Source of the DNA: an uncultured Beijerinckiaceae bacterium
GTDB taxonomy: Bacteria > Pseudomonadota > Alphaproteobacteria > Rhizobiales > Beijerinckiaceae
Length of the DNA stretch: 37,772 bases
Assembly (NCBI GenBank): GCA_937873345.1
Contig: CALMRL010000304.1
Span: 1 to 37,772 of the forward strand
Direction of reading: 5' to 3'
The notes below the pieces were generated by a model. The model ran no database searches. It saw only the letters and a list, made by a program, of their open reading frames with translations, and had not been told where the DNA came from. The translations under genes and the position numbers were made by a program. Below, piece by piece: positions 1 through 11,564 of the stretch. How positions within the stretch are numbered: the stretch's first letter is position 1; every line of letters begins with the position of its first letter.

Positions 1-626
1 GGGCAGGGGGCGATGGCTCCCGCGCGGACAGCGAGGCGAAGCGTCGGCTCGGGCAGGCCCACATCACCGTCGGCTGGGAGGGGCTGCCCTTCGACCATCC
101 CGAGCACTATGCGCTGCAGGTCTTCGCCAATGCCGTCGGCGGCGGCATGTCCTCGCGGCTGTTCCAGGAGGTGCGCGAGCGCCGCGGCCTTGCCTACAGC
201 ATCTACACCTTCAACTGGGCCTATGCCGACTCGGGGCTCTTCGGCTTCTACGCCGCCTGCGGCGCCGCCGACGTCGCCGAGCTGATGCCGGTATCGCTCG
301 ACGCGCTCGCCGCCGCCACGGCGGACCTCGGCGAGGACGAGGTGCGCCGTGCCAAGGCGCAGATGAAGGTCTCGATCCTCGCGGCTCTCGAATCGGCGAC
401 GGCGCGCTCCGAGCAGATCGCCCGGCAGCTTCTCGCCTTCGGCCGCGTCGTGCCCCGCGAGGAGATGATCGGTCGCATCGAGTCGCTCGAGCTGGCTGCG
501 ATCCGCGAGGCCGGTGCGCGGGCCCTGCGATCCGCTCCGACGGTCGCGTCGATCGGCCCTGTCGCGCGGGTGATGGGTCCCGACGCGATCCGCATGCGGA
601 CCGGCAGCGCACAGCCGAGGAACTGA
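1..626 (+). CDS. M16 (pitrilysin/insulinase) family Zn-peptidase, C-terminal part; 5' end lies outside the window
   Basis: The frame is open from position 3: ...QAHITVGWEG...ALQVFANAVGGGMSSRLFQEVRERRGLAYSI, the M16 C-domain signature GGGMSSRLFQEVRE. The ATG at 147 is internal. Confidence 0.9.
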   Translation, partial: AGGDGSRADSEAKRRLGQAHITVGWEGLPFDHPEHYALQVFANAVGGGMSSRLFQEVRERRGLAYSIYTFNWAYADSGLFGFYAACGAADVAELMPVSLDALAAATADLGEDEVRRAKAQMKVSILAALESATARSEQIARQLLAFGRVVPREEMIGRIESLELAAIREAGARALRSAPTVASIGPVARVMGPDAIRMRTGSAQPRN

Positions 627-1240
627 TGGCGCTGTTTCGTCTCGGCTCGGATCGCGACAGCGTCCATGCCGTGCGCGGCGATGGCGTCTATCTCCGTGCC
701 CCCGAGATGAGCGACTTCGAGGAATGGGCGGCGCTGCGGCAGCGCTCGCGCGCCTTCCTGGTGCCGTGGGAACCGACCTGGCCAGCGGACGACCTCACCC
801 GCGCCGCCTTTCGCCGCCGCCTGCGCCGCCATGCCGGCGAGATCGGCAACGACGAAGCCTACCCCTTCCTCATCTTCCGCGAGAGCGACGACGTCATCCT
901 CGGCGGCCTCACCCTCAGCCAAGTGAAGCGCGGCGTCGCCCAGGCCGCGACGCTCGGCTATTGGATGGGGCAGCCCTACGCCGGCCAGGGTTGGATGGCG
1001 CGCGCGGTGCGCGCCGCCACCGCCTTCGCCTTCGCCACGCTGCGCCTGCACCGCGTCGAGGCGGCCTGCTTGCCGAGCAACGAGGCTTCGATCCGCCTGC
1101 TCGACCGAACCGCCTTCCGCCAGGAAGGGCTGGCGCGCGCCTATCTTCGCATCAACGGGCTGTGGCAGGACCACTTGCTCTTCGCCCTGCTGGAGTCCGA
1201 CCCCTTGTCGCTGCGGCTGCCGCGGCGCGACCGGCTCTGA
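626..1240 (+). CDS. rimJ: RimJ/RimL-family GNAT N-acetyltransferase
   Basis: SRAFLVPWEPTW, VKRGVAQAATLGYWMG, LHRVEAACLPSNEAS and YLRINGLWQDH motifs. ATG overlaps the upstream TGA. The M16-rimJ order is common in Alphaproteobacteria. Confidence 0.85.
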   Translation: MALFRLGSDRDSVHAVRGDGVYLRAPEMSDFEEWAALRQRSRAFLVPWEPTWPADDLTRAAFRRRLRRHAGEIGNDEAYPFLIFRESDDVILGGLTLSQVKRGVAQAATLGYWMGQPYAGQGWMARAVRAATAFAFATLRLHRVEAACLPSNEASIRLLDRTAFRQEGLARAYLRINGLWQDHLLFALLESDPLSLRLPRRDRL

Positions 1241-1409
1241 CGTCAAGTCGCGAACCGGCCGCATCACGCGTCACCGCGTCTTGCCGCATCGCACCTGGGC
1301 CTCTACGGTCGAAGAGGGAGGCACGGGAGAGCCGCGAGGCAGGAGCGTCCTCGTTATGCCGCGATTGCGCGCTCTGAAGCGCGATGGACACTCGCGACTG
1401 CTCCTTGGG

Positions 1410-4301
1410 ATGATCGTGACGCCCCTGCGCCGCCTCGTCACCGTCTGCTTGGCGCTGCTCGTCTTCGCCGGCAGCGTGCGTTCCGCCTCTGCCATCGAGT
1501 CGACCCGCGTTCCGCTCGACGCCGCCGCGATCGACCTGACCCGCGCGGTGGAGAGCTATTCCTCGCAGGGCGACCGCCTCACCGTCTCGACCGCGCCGGG
1601 CTCGGACGGCATCACCCGGCGCATCGAGGTGCGCGCCAACGACTCCGGCACGCATCCCAGCTGGATCGTGTTCGCCCTTACCAACGACACCGACGAGCAG
1701 CTGGAGCGGCTGGTGGTGGCCCCGCATTTCCGGCTGGTCGGCTCCGGCGTGGTCTGGCCGGACCTCGGCGCCGTGCGCATCTCGGCAATCACGGCCAGCC
1801 AGGGTATCGCTCCGGAACGCGAGGAGTCGAGCGACGCCGACGTGTTCCGGCTGACGCTCGATCCCGGCACTACCATCACCTACGTGGCGGAGCTGCGCAC
1901 GCCCAACCTGCCGCAGATCTATCTCTGGGAACCCGACGCCTACAAGGACAAGGTGACGAGCCTGACGCTCTACAAGGGCATCGTCATCGGCATCGCCGGC
2001 CTGCTCGCCCTCTTCCTCACCATCGTCTTCGTGGTCAAGGGCGCGGTGATCTTTCCCGCCGCGGCGGCGCTCGCCTGGGCGGTGCTCGCCTACGTCTGCA
2101 TCGACTTCGGTTTCTGGAACAAGCTGTTCGGCACCGCCGGCTCCAGCGACCGCGTGTGGCGCGCCGGCGCCGAGACGACGCTATCGGCGACGCTGCTCGT
2201 CTTCCTGTTCGCCTACCTCAATCTCAGCCGCTGGCACGTCCGCGCGTCACGCGTCGCGGCGATATGGCTGGTCTTCCTCGTCGCCCTGATCGCCTTCGCG
2301 GTCTACGACGCGCCGGTGGCCTCAGGCGTCGCCCGCATCTCGCTCGCCACGATCACCGGCGTCGGCTTCATCCTCGTCCTTTATCTCTCCACCCACGGCT
2401 ACGACCGGGCGGTGATGCTGATCCCGACCTGGTTCCTGCTCCTCGCCTGGGTGATCTGCGCTTCCTTCACGGTGACCGGCACGCTGACCAACGACCTCGT
2501 CTCGCCGGCCCTCATCGGCGGCTTGGTGCTGATCGTGATGCTGATCGGCTTCACCATCCTGCAGAACGCCTTCGCCGGCGGTGGGCTCGGCATGGGGCCG
2601 GTATCGGACGCGAGCCGCAAGGCGCTGGCGCTGACCGGCTGCGGCGACACCATCTTCGACTGGGACGTGCCGGCCGACAACGTCTTCGTCTCGCCCGAGA
2701 TCGAGGCGCAGCTGGGCGTCGCCCGCGGCACGTTGGAAGGGCCGGCGACGAATTGGTTCGACGTGCTGCATCCCTTCGAGCGCGACCGTTTCCAGGCCTG
2801 CCTCGATATGGTGCTGGAGCAGCGCCGCGGCCGCATCCACCAGGAGTTCCGGCTTCGCGCCGCGGACGGGCATTACTTCTGGTACGCGCTGCGCGCCCGC
2901 CCCGTCGTCGGGCCGGACGGCGATGTGATGCGCGTCGTCGGTACCCTCTCCGACATCACCGAGGGCAAGCTCGCCGAGGAGCGGCTGCTGCACGACGCTG
3001 TGCACGACAACCTGACCGGCCTGCCCAACCGCCAGCTGTTCTTCGACCGCCTCGACGCGGCGCTGACCTTCGCGGCCAGCGATGCGACGGTGCGCCCGAC
3101 GGTGCTGTGCATCGACGTCGATCATTTCAAGCGCATCAACGAGGGCGTCGGCCTGTCCGCCGGCGACTCGATCCTGCTCACCCTGTCGCGCCGCCTGTCG
3201 CGCCTCCTGAAGCCTCAGGACACGGTTTCGCGTCTTGGCGCCGACCGCTTCGCCGCCATCGTCCTTTCCGAGCCCGACCCCGAGCAGATGCTGGCGCTCG
3301 CCAACGTGGTGCGCCGCGCCCTGTCGACGCCGGTCACCTATGCGGAGCGCGAGATTCCGCTCACCGCCTCGATCGGCATCGCCTTCCCTGACCATCAGGC
3401 GAAGGCGCGGCGCGAGGACATGCTCAAGGACGCCGAGATCGCGATGCGCTTCGCCAAGAAGGCCGGCGGCAACCGCATCGAGACGTTCCGACCGATGATG
3501 CGGACGTTACGCTCCGACCGCGTGGCGCTGGAGGTCGATCTCGGTCGCGCGCTCGACCGCGGCGAGATCAAGGTGTTCTTCCAGCCCGTGGTCCGACTGG
3601 AGGACCGCACCGTGGCCGGCTTCGAGGCGCTGCTGCGCTGGGACAACCCGCGCGTCGGTCGACTCGGCCCGGCCGAGTTCATGCCTCTCGCCGAGGAGAC
3701 CGGAACGATCGTCGATCTCGGCATCTTCGCGCTGGAGCGGACCGCGCGCGAGCTGGCCGCCTGGCAGCGCGCGCTCGACGTCGAGCCGCCGATCTTCGCC
3801 TCCGTCAACATCTCCTCGCGGCAATTGCTGCGCCACGACCTCTTGCAGGACATCAAGGCGGTGCTGACCCGCTGCGAGGTGACGCGCGGCTCGCTGAAGC
3901 TCGAGCTGACCGAGAGCCTCGTGATGGAGAATCCGGAGTATGCCGCTCAGATCCTGACGCGACTGCGCGAACTCGGCGCCGGTCTGTCGCTTGGCGACTT
4001 CGGCACCGGCTTCTCCTCGCTCTCCTACCTGCAGCGCTTCCCCTTCGATACCATCAAGATCGACCGCGCCTTCGTGCACAGCGCAGCCTCGCGCGGGACC
4101 AAGCCGGTGATCCTGCGCTCGATGGTGGCGATGGCCCATGACCTCGGCATGGAGGTCGTCGCCGAGGGCGCCGAGACCGAGTCTGACGCGATAGAGCTGT
4201 ACCAGCTCGGTTGCGAATATGCGCAGGGCTACGCCTTCGGTCACCCCATCAGCGCGGTCGATGCCCGCAAGCTCGTCGGCGCGGCGACCATCGCGGCGTG
4301 A
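1410..4301 (+). CDS. Membrane sensor with periplasmic domain, 7TM region, PAS, degenerate GGDEF and EAL domains (c-di-GMP signalling)
   Basis: Signal-like N-terminus from ATG 1410 (start uncertain; the track ORF begins at 1281), about 7 hydrophobic helices, a PAS/PAC segment (HPFER...EFRLRAADGHYFW), DNLTGLPNR, RLGADRF, FEALLRW, ELTES, GDFGTG, IKID and QGY. Confidence 0.9.
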   Translation: MIVTPLRRLVTVCLALLVFAGSVRSASAIESTRVPLDAAAIDLTRAVESYSSQGDRLTVSTAPGSDGITRRIEVRANDSGTHPSWIVFALTNDTDEQLERLVVAPHFRLVGSGVVWPDLGAVRISAITASQGIAPEREESSDADVFRLTLDPGTTITYVAELRTPNLPQIYLWEPDAYKDKVTSLTLYKGIVIGIAGLLALFLTIVFVVKGAVIFPAAAALAWAVLAYVCIDFGFWNKLFGTAGSSDRVWRAGAETTLSATLLVFLFAYLNLSRWHVRASRVAAIWLVFLVALIAFAVYDAPVASGVARISLATITGVGFILVLYLSTHGYDRAVMLIPTWFLLLAWVICASFTVTGTLTNDLVSPALIGGLVLIVMLIGFTILQNAFAGGGLGMGPVSDASRKALALTGCGDTIFDWDVPADNVFVSPEIEAQLGVARGTLEGPATNWFDVLHPFERDRFQACLDMVLEQRRGRIHQEFRLRAADGHYFWYALRARPVVGPDGDVMRVVGTLSDITEGKLAEERLLHDAVHDNLTGLPNRQLFFDRLDAALTFAASDATVRPTVLCIDVDHFKRINEGVGLSAGDSILLTLSRRLSRLLKPQDTVSRLGADRFAAIVLSEPDPEQMLALANVVRRALSTPVTYAEREIPLTASIGIAFPDHQAKARREDMLKDAEIAMRFAKKAGGNRIETFRPMMRTLRSDRVALEVDLGRALDRGEIKVFFQPVVRLEDRTVAGFEALLRWDNPRVGRLGPAEFMPLAEETGTIVDLGIFALERTARELAAWQRALDVEPPIFASVNISSRQLLRHDLLQDIKAVLTRCEVTRGSLKLELTESLVMENPEYAAQILTRLRELGAGLSLGDFGTGFSSLSYLQRFPFDTIKIDRAFVHSAASRGTKPVILRSMVAMAHDLGMEVVAEGAETESDAIELYQLGCEYAQGYAFGHPISAVDARKLVGAATIAA

Positions 4302-4699
4302 GGGATCTCCGCGCCGTGCTCGCCGGTGTCGACACGGTTGCCGTCGTCGGGCTGTCGGACAAGCCGCATCGTGCCTCGCACGAGGTTGCCCTCTTCCTCG
4401 CGCGGCACGGCTATCGCTGCATCGGGGTCAATCCGGCACTGGCCGGGCGCACGGTCGCCGGGCTGCCGATGGTTGCATCGCTCTCCGAGCTGTCCCATCC
4501 CGTCGACATGGTCGACATCTTCCGTGCGTCGGATCAGGCCGGCGCGGTGGTCGACGAAGCGTTGGTGCTCGCCGATCCGCCGAAGGTGATCTGGATGCAG
4601 CTCGGCGTCATCGACCACGCTGCCGCTGCCCGTGCCGAAGCGGCCGGAGTGACGGTCGTGATGGATGCCTGCCCCAAGCTCGTCCTCGCGAGCGGCTGA
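4298..4699 (+). CDS. CoA-binding protein (YccU-like)
   Basis: VAVVGLSDKPHRAS, VDMVDIFR, IWMQLGV and VVMDACPK motifs. GTG start in a GTGA overlap with the upstream stop. Confidence 0.85.
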   Translation: MRDLRAVLAGVDTVAVVGLSDKPHRASHEVALFLARHGYRCIGVNPALAGRTVAGLPMVASLSELSHPVDMVDIFRASDQAGAVVDEALVLADPPKVIWMQLGVIDHAAAARAEAAGVTVVMDACPKLVLASG

Positions 4700-4715
4700 C
4701 GCCCCACGGCTGATC

Positions 4716-4937
4716 TCAGGCCTTCACCGCGCGCAGCCCCATCATCGCGGCATAGACGGTGCGCTGCCACTCCTCGGTGCCGCCATCCCGGTGCTCGGCT
4801 ACAACCGCCTCCGCCTCATCCGCGGGGATAAGGTTCTGTTCGAGCATCACCCGCATCCAAGCGGCGGCGAAACGCTCGGCATTGGCCAGCTCTGCCGCGG
4901 AGGCCTCTGCAAGGCTCATCCGACTGCTCTCCAACAT
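4716..4937 (-). CDS. Small hypothetical protein, 73 aa (MLESSRMSLAEAS...GLRAVKA)
   Basis: GGAGG Shine-Dalgarno just upstream of ATG 4937. Fills the gap between the CoA-binding gene and tyrS without overlap. Helical-looking Ala/Glu-rich sequence. Confidence 0.6.
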   Translation of the reverse strand: MLESSRMSLAEASAAELANAERFAAAWMRVMLEQNLIPADEAEAVVAEHRDGGTEEWQRTVYAAMMGLRAVKA

Positions 4938-5081
4938 CGCATTCCTCCATTCTGCGGTCGCAACAGACAGGTCGCCGCGCCGCCGCGCCACCCTCGTCTG
5001 CCGAAGTACACCCGCCGCCGCCCTACCCTTTCCGCATGACACGATGTCATCGAAGCCGACACGCTCCAACGGAGAGCCAGC

Positions 5082-6329
5082 GTGTCCACCGCCCCGAAAT
5101 CCGACTTCCTGCATGTGCTGCAGGAGCGCGGCTTCATTCACCAGTGCTCCGACCTCGCCGGCCTCGACGAGAAGGCGTTGGCAGGCGGACTAACAGGCTA
5201 TATCGGCTTCGATTGCACCGCGCCGTCGCTGCACGTCGGCTCGCTGCTGCCGATCATGCTGCTGCGCTGGCTGCAGAAAACCGGCGGCAAGCCCATCGTG
5301 CTCGTCGGCGGCGGCACCACGCGTGTCGGCGACCCTTCCGGCAAGGATGAAAGCCGCAAGCTGCTGTCGCTCGACGACATCGCGTCGAACAAGCTGGCGC
5401 TGCAAAGGGTGTTCGCGAGCTTCCTGCGCTTCGGAGAAGGCGAGGCGCTGCTCGTCGATAATGCGGAGTGGCTCACGAACCTGAACTGGATCGACTTCCT
5501 GCGCGAAGTCGGCCGACATTTCTCGGTCAATCGCATGCTGGCGATGGACTCGGTCAAGCTGCGCCTCGAACGCGACCACGAGCTGTCGTTCCTGGAGTTC
5601 AACTACATGTGCTGCCAAGCCTACGACTTCGTCGAACTGTCGCGCCGCTTCGGCGCCGCGCTGCAGATGGGCGGCTCGGACCAGTGGGGCAACATCGTCA
5701 CCGGCATCGATCTCGGCCGCCGCATGGGGACGCCGCAGCTCTACGCCTTGACGACGCCGCTGCTCACCACCGCGTCGGGCAGCAAGATGGGCAAGACGGC
5801 GAGGGGGGCGGTTTGGCTTTCGCGCGAGCTGCTGCCGGTGTTCGACTACTGGCAGTTCTGGCGCAACTGCGACGACGGCGACGTCGGCCGCTTCCTCCGG
5901 CTGTTCACCGAGCTGCCGATGGGCGAGACGGCGCGTTTGGAGGCGCTCGGCGGCAACGAAATCAACGAGGCAAAGAAAGTGCTCGCCACCGAGGCGACGG
6001 CGATGGTGCACGGCCGCGACGAGGCGGAGCGCGCGGCCGGGACGGCGCGGCAGGTGTTCGAGCACGGTGCGGCCTCGGCCGATCTGCCGAGCGTCACGGT
6101 CACGCGAGAGGAGTTCGCCGGCGGCATCGGCGTCCTGACGGCGTTCCAGCGCGCGGGGCTGGTGGCCTCGACGAGCGAAGCCCGTCGCTCGATCAAGGGC
6201 GGCGGCCTGCGCGTCAACGATGCCGTGCTGACGGACGAGAAGGCTGTGCTCGGCACGGACGACCTGCGCGACGGAGCGATCAAGCTGTCGCTTGGCCGCA
6301 AGCGCCATGTCCTGCTGCGGCCGAGCTGA
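5082..6329 (+). CDS. tyrS: Tyrosine--tRNA ligase
   Basis: [15 protein letters not shown] (HIGH-like), [16 protein letters not shown] (KMSKS-like) and a C-terminal S4-like domain. GTG start with GGAG RBS. Confidence 0.97.
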   Translation: MSTAPKSDFLHVLQERGFIHQCSDLAGLDEKALAGGLTGYIGFDCTAPSLHVGSLLPIMLLRWLQKTGGKPIVLVGGGTTRVGDPSGKDESRKLLSLDDIASNKLALQRVFASFLRFGEGEALLVDNAEWLTNLNWIDFLREVGRHFSVNRMLAMDSVKLRLERDHELSFLEFNYMCCQAYDFVELSRRFGAALQMGGSDQWGNIVTGIDLGRRMGTPQLYALTTPLLTTASGSKMGKTARGAVWLSRELLPVFDYWQFWRNCDDGDVGRFLRLFTELPMGETARLEALGGNEINEAKKVLATEATAMVHGRDEAERAAGTARQVFEHGAASADLPSVTVTREEFAGGIGVLTAFQRAGLVASTSEARRSIKGGGLRVNDAVLTDEKAVLGTDDLRDGAIKLSLGRKRHVLLRPS

Positions 6330-6347
6330 CCGAGCCCTCGCGACGCC

Positions 6348-6937
6348 TCAGGCGTTCTGCGCGGCTTTCAGCACGTTATCGATGGCGAGCGAAACGTCGT
6401 CGATCGCCGCCATGCCGTCGATGCCGTGAAGCTTTCCGACTCCGCGATAGAAGTCCGCGACCGGTGCGGTCTGCTCGCGAAACACCTCTAGGCGCTTGCG
6501 GAAGGCCTCGGGGTTATCGTCGGGCCGCGGCGTGCCGCCCTTGGCGAGCGTCTCGTCGACCCGCTTCTGCATGCGCGCGACCAGCGCCGTCTCGTCAACG
6601 CCAAGCTCGATGACCGCATCGAGCGACATCCCATGCTGCTCCAGCAGGTTCTCAAGAGCCTCGGCCTGCGCCACGGTGCGAGGGAAACCATCGAGGATGA
6701 AGCCACGCTTCGCGTCGTCCTGCTCGATGCGGTCGCCGATGATGCCGACGACCACCTCGTCGGAGACCAGCTGGCCGGCCTTCATGATCGCATCGGCCTC
6801 GCGGCCGATCGGCGTCTGCGCAGCAACGGCAGCGCGCAGCATGTCGCCGGTCGAGAGCTGTGGGATGCCGTGCTCCGCGACCAGCCGGGCGGCTTGCGTT
6901 CCCTTGCCGGCTCCCGGCGGTCCCAGCAGCACGAGCC

Positions 6938-6941
<4 letters not shown>
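6348..6941 (-). CDS. adk: Adenylate kinase (short-LID type)
   Basis: [11 protein letters not shown]-loop, [16 protein letters not shown] and RPDDN motifs. ATGA overlap with the secY stop. Confidence 0.97.
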
Positions 6942-8272
<1,331 letters not shown>

Positions 8273-8489
8273 CGCCTGCTCCCGGGAATGCTCGCCACGC
8301 GGGCCGTTTCGACGGTTCCGCCGCAGCGCTCGGGGGCGCATTGCCCGCCGAGAATTGTCCTGTGCCCCGGCGGCGCCTGCGGGTCAATCGCACGAAGGTG
8401 CGCCGGGAAAATGAAAACGCCAGACCCTTGGATGTTCGGCCCGGCGCATCTGCTGGTCGACGTGGTTTGGCAGTAGACCGCCTGAAGCG

Positions 8490-8981
8490 TCAGGCCTGCT
8501 CGACCGGAGCCTCTTTCGCCTTGGTGGCGAGAAGCTTGACGCTGCCGCCAGCCTTCTCGATGGCGGCGATCGCGCCCTTCGACGCGGCGGCGACCTCGAA
8601 CGAAAGGTTCGTCGCCAGTTCGCCGACGCCGAGGATCTTGACGCCATCGCGAGCCTTGGAGCAAACGCCGGCGGCGATCAGGGCTTCAATCGTCACGGCA
8701 GCGCCGGCCTGGAAATGACCAGCCTCCACCGCCTGCTGGATGCGCCCGACATTGACCTCGTTGTAGTCGGTCGAGAAGGGATTCCAGAAGCCGCGCTTCG
8801 GCAGACGGCGATGCAGCGGCATCTGGCCACCCTCGAACGCCTTGATGGCGACGCCGGTGCGGGCCTTCTGGCCCTTCACGCCGCGCCCCGCGGTCTTGCC
8901 TTTGCCGGAGCCAATGCCGCGGCCAACGCGCATCCGGTTCTTGGACGAGCCGGGATTGTCGCGGATCTCGTTGAGCTTCAT
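8490..8981 (-). CDS. rplO: 50S ribosomal protein L15
   Basis: [17 protein letters not shown] and [17 protein letters not shown]. Confidence 0.98.
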   Translation of the reverse strand: MKLNEIRDNPGSSKNRMRVGRGIGSGKGKTAGRGVKGQKARTGVAIKAFEGGQMPLHRRLPKRGFWNPFSTDYNEVNVGRIQQAVEAGHFQAGAAVTIEALIAAGVCSKARDGVKILGVGELATNLSFEVAAASKGAIAAIEKAGGSVKLLATKAKEAPVEQA

Positions 8982-8990
8982 CGCGGCCTC

Positions 8991-9200
8991 CTATCCTTCG
9001 ACGCGGACGAGATGGGCGACGGTGGCGATCATGCCGCGGACCGCCGGCGTATCGACGAGCGACGAGCGGCGCCCGATCTTGTTGAGGCGCAGGCCGATCA
9101 GCGTCTGACGCTGGTACGCCGGGCGGCCGATCGGGCTGCCTATCTGCACGACTGTCACCCGTCCGACCGTCATAGGACCGGAGGCATTCTGCTGAGACAT
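8991..9200 (-). CDS. rpmD: 50S ribosomal protein L30
   Basis: QIGSPIGR...TLIGLRLNK...DTPAVRGMI; lies between rpsE and rplO. Confidence 0.95.
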   Translation of the reverse strand: MSQQNASGPMTVGRVTVVQIGSPIGRPAYQRQTLIGLRLNKIGRRSSLVDTPAVRGMIATVAHLVRVEG

Positions 9201-9211
9201 CAGGCCCTCCC

Positions 9212-9799
9212 CTACGCTTCGGCCGGAGCGGCTTCGGCATCACCGCCGATGCGCCGACCCTGCAGCACGGAGACCTTGATGGAGCGACGCGCCGCTACGG
9301 CACGGGGTGAGTCCTCGTTCTTCAAGGCGTCGAAGGTCGCGCGGATCATATTGTAGGGGTTGGACGATCCTTGAGACTTGGCGACGACGTCGTGCATGCC
9401 GAGCGTCTCGAAGATCGCGCGCATCGGGCCGCCGGCGATGATGCCGGTGCCGGCAGGTGCCGCACGAAGGATCACCCTTCCCGCACCGTGGCGTCCGTGC
9501 ACGTCATGGTGAAGGGTGCGTCCCTCGCGCAGGGGCACGCGGATCAGGCCACGCTTCGCCGACTCGGTCGCCTTGCGGATCGCCTCCGGCACCTCGCGGG
9601 CCTTGCCGTGGCCGAAGCCGACGCGGCCCTTCTGGTCGCCGACGACGACGAGAGCAGCGAAGCCGAAGCGCCGGCCGCCCTTCACCACTTTGGCGACGCG
9701 ATTTATGTGCACCAGGCGATCGACGAACTCGCCGTCACCGTCCCTGTCTCGGCGATCCCGGTCGCGCCCGCGACCACCGCCATCCCGTCCTTCAGCCAT
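9212..9799 (-). CDS. rpsE: 30S ribosomal protein S5
   Basis: [16 protein letters not shown] and GTGIIAGG. Confidence 0.98.
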   Translation of the reverse strand: MAEGRDGGGRGRDRDRRDRDGDGEFVDRLVHINRVAKVVKGGRRFGFAALVVVGDQKGRVGFGHGKAREVPEAIRKATESAKRGLIRVPLREGRTLHHDVHGRHGAGRVILRAAPAGTGIIAGGPMRAIFETLGMHDVVAKSQGSSNPYNMIRATFDALKNEDSPRAVAARRSIKVSVLQGRRIGGDAEAAPAEA

Positions 9800-9897
9800 A
9801 CTCTTCTTCTCACTTGCGCGGGTGGTCTGACGGCCGATCCCGCTCGCTTCGAATTATCCTCGCAGCCTCTGACGTCCGACCCGCGAGCCAGCTTGCA

Positions 9898-10260
9898 TCA
9901 GAATTGCAGTCCGCCCTCGCGGGCGCCGTCGGCCAGCGCCTTGACGCGCCCGTGATACATGTATTGGCCGCGGTCGAACACCACGTCCGTCACGCCGGCG
10001 GCCCTGGCGCGTTCCGCGATCAGCTTGCCGATCGCCGCCGCCGCCTCGACGTTGGCGCCGGTCCTCAGCCCATCACGCTGCGCCTTCTCCAGCGAGGAGG
10101 CGGCAGCGAGCGTGCGTCCGGCGGCATCATCGATGATCTGGCAGTAGATCTGCTTCGAGGTGCGATGCACCGACAAGCGAGGCTTGCCATAGGCGCGCTC
10201 GCGCAACGCCTTGCGGATGCGGGCCTTGCGTCGCTGGGAGACTTCCAGATCCTTGGGCAT
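9898..10260 (-). CDS. rplR: 50S ribosomal protein L18
   Basis: [13 protein letters not shown] and [19 protein letters not shown]; start at ATG 10260, just after the rplF stop. Confidence 0.97.
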   Translation of the reverse strand: MPKDLEVSQRRKARIRKALRERAYGKPRLSVHRTSKQIYCQIIDDAAGRTLAAASSLEKAQRDGLRTGANVEAAAAIGKLIAERARAAGVTDVVFDRGQYMYHGRVKALADGAREGGLQF

Positions 10261-10262
10261 GG

Positions 10263-10796
10263 CTACTTCTTCTTGCCTTCCTTGCGGAAGATGAACTCGC
10301 CCGCATACTTCACGCCCTTGCCCTTGTAGGGCTCCGGCGGACGATAGGCGCGGATCTCCGATGCAACCTGACCGACCTGCCGCTTGTCGATGCCGGAGAT
10401 GTGAATCTCGATCGGGCGAGGCGTCACGATGGTGATGCCTTCTGGGATTGGGAACGGCACGTCGTGGCTGTAGCCAAGCGAAAGTTGCAGCACCTTGCCC
10501 TGAACGGCGGCCTTGTAACCAACGCCGCTGATCTCGAGTTTGCGGGTGTAGCCGTTGGACACGCCCTCGACCAGATTGCTCACCTGGGCGCGGCACATGC
10601 CCCACATCGCTTGCGCACGTTTCGTCTCCGAGCGCGGCATGACGCTGACCTCGTCGTTAGCGAACGACACCGTGACGTCATCCGGGCAGGTGAAGGACAG
10701 CTCGCCCTTGGCTCCCTTGACGGACACCTTCTGTCCCTCAATCCTGGCGGTGACGCCCTTCGGGATCGTGACAGGCTTCTTACCGACGCGTGACAT
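10263..10796 (-). CDS. rplF: 50S ribosomal protein L6
   Basis: MSRVGKKPV and [13 protein letters not shown]. Confidence 0.98.
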   Translation of the reverse strand: MSRVGKKPVTIPKGVTARIEGQKVSVKGAKGELSFTCPDDVTVSFANDEVSVMPRSETKRAQAMWGMCRAQVSNLVEGVSNGYTRKLEISGVGYKAAVQGKVLQLSLGYSHDVPFPIPEGITIVTPRPIEIHISGIDKRQVGQVASEIRAYRPPEPYKGKGVKYAGEFIFRKEGKKK

Positions 10797-10818
10797 AGAT
10801 GATCCTCCTTCGCGCCGA

Positions 10819-11211
10819 TCAGAATACTTTGCACAGCACTTCGCCGCCCACGTTGGCCTCGCGGGCCATGTGGTCGGCCATCACGCCCTTCGGGGTCGAC
10901 ATGATGGTGATGCCGAGGCCGTTGGCGACCCGCGGCATGGCGTCGACGGCGGCATAGACGCGACGGCCGGGCTTGGAGACGCGCGAAATCTCACGGATCA
11001 CCGGTTGGCCGTCGAAATACTTCAGCTCGATTTCGAACTCGGTGCGGCCGTTGTCGTACTCGGTCGTAGAATAGCCGCGGATGTAGCCCTCCTGCTCGAG
11101 GACGTCGAGGACGTTGGCACGCAGTTTGGAGCCCGGCGTCTGCACCTTGCCTTTGCGGCGCATACCGGCGTTGCGAATGCGGGTGAGCATGTCGCCCAGC
11201 GGATCGTTCAT
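10819..11211 (-). CDS. rpsH: 30S ribosomal protein S8
   Basis: [21 protein letters not shown] and STPKGVM. Confidence 0.98.
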   Translation of the reverse strand: MNDPLGDMLTRIRNAGMRRKGKVQTPGSKLRANVLDVLEQEGYIRGYSTTEYDNGRTEFEIELKYFDGQPVIREISRVSKPGRRVYAAVDAMPRVANGLGITIMSTPKGVMADHMAREANVGGEVLCKVF

Positions 11212-11222
11212 GGCGCGCCCTC

Positions 11223-11528
11223 CTACCAGCTCGACTTGACGAGGCCCGGGATCAAGCCCCGAGAGCCGAGTTCACGAAGCGCGATACGGCTCATCCGCAT
11301 CTTCGAGTACACGGCGCGCGGCCGGCCGGAAATGTCGCAGCGGTTGCGGACGCGCTCAGGCGCCGAGTTGCGCGGCACCTTCGAGAGCCGCAGCCGAGCC
11401 TCGAAACGCTCCTCCATCGGCAGGCCGTCGTTGTTGGCGATGTCCTTCAGTCGCTTGCGTCGAGCAGCATAGCGTTTTACCAGTGCCATCTTGCGCTTGT
11501 TGTTCTCAATCGCGCTTTTCTTCGCCAT
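11223..11528 (-). CDS. rpsN: 30S ribosomal protein S14 (long, non-zinc-ribbon type)
   Basis: 101 aa, [11 protein letters not shown] and IPGLVKSSW; only one Cys. Confidence 0.97.
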   Translation of the reverse strand: MAKKSAIENNKRKMALVKRYAARRKRLKDIANNDGLPMEERFEARLRLSKVPRNSAPERVRNRCDISGRPRAVYSKMRMSRIALRELGSRGLIPGLVKSSW

Positions 11529-11564
11529 CGATCTACCTCGGGTTTCCGCGTTTGAGCTTGCGGC

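Noticed and set aside
1281-1409. N-terminal extensions given by the ORF track for the EAL protein, and likewise for secY, rplR, rplX, rplC, secE and the thioredoxin
   Set aside because: These come from longest-ORF calling. Downstream starts fit the RBS, overlap pattern and conserved N-termini better.
8273-8489. Internal secY promoter or regulatory RNA in the rplO-secY spacer
   Set aside because: TTGACC is present but has no acceptable -10 at 16-18 nt. The GTGCGCCGGG/CCCGGCGCAT stem has a large loop and no other support.
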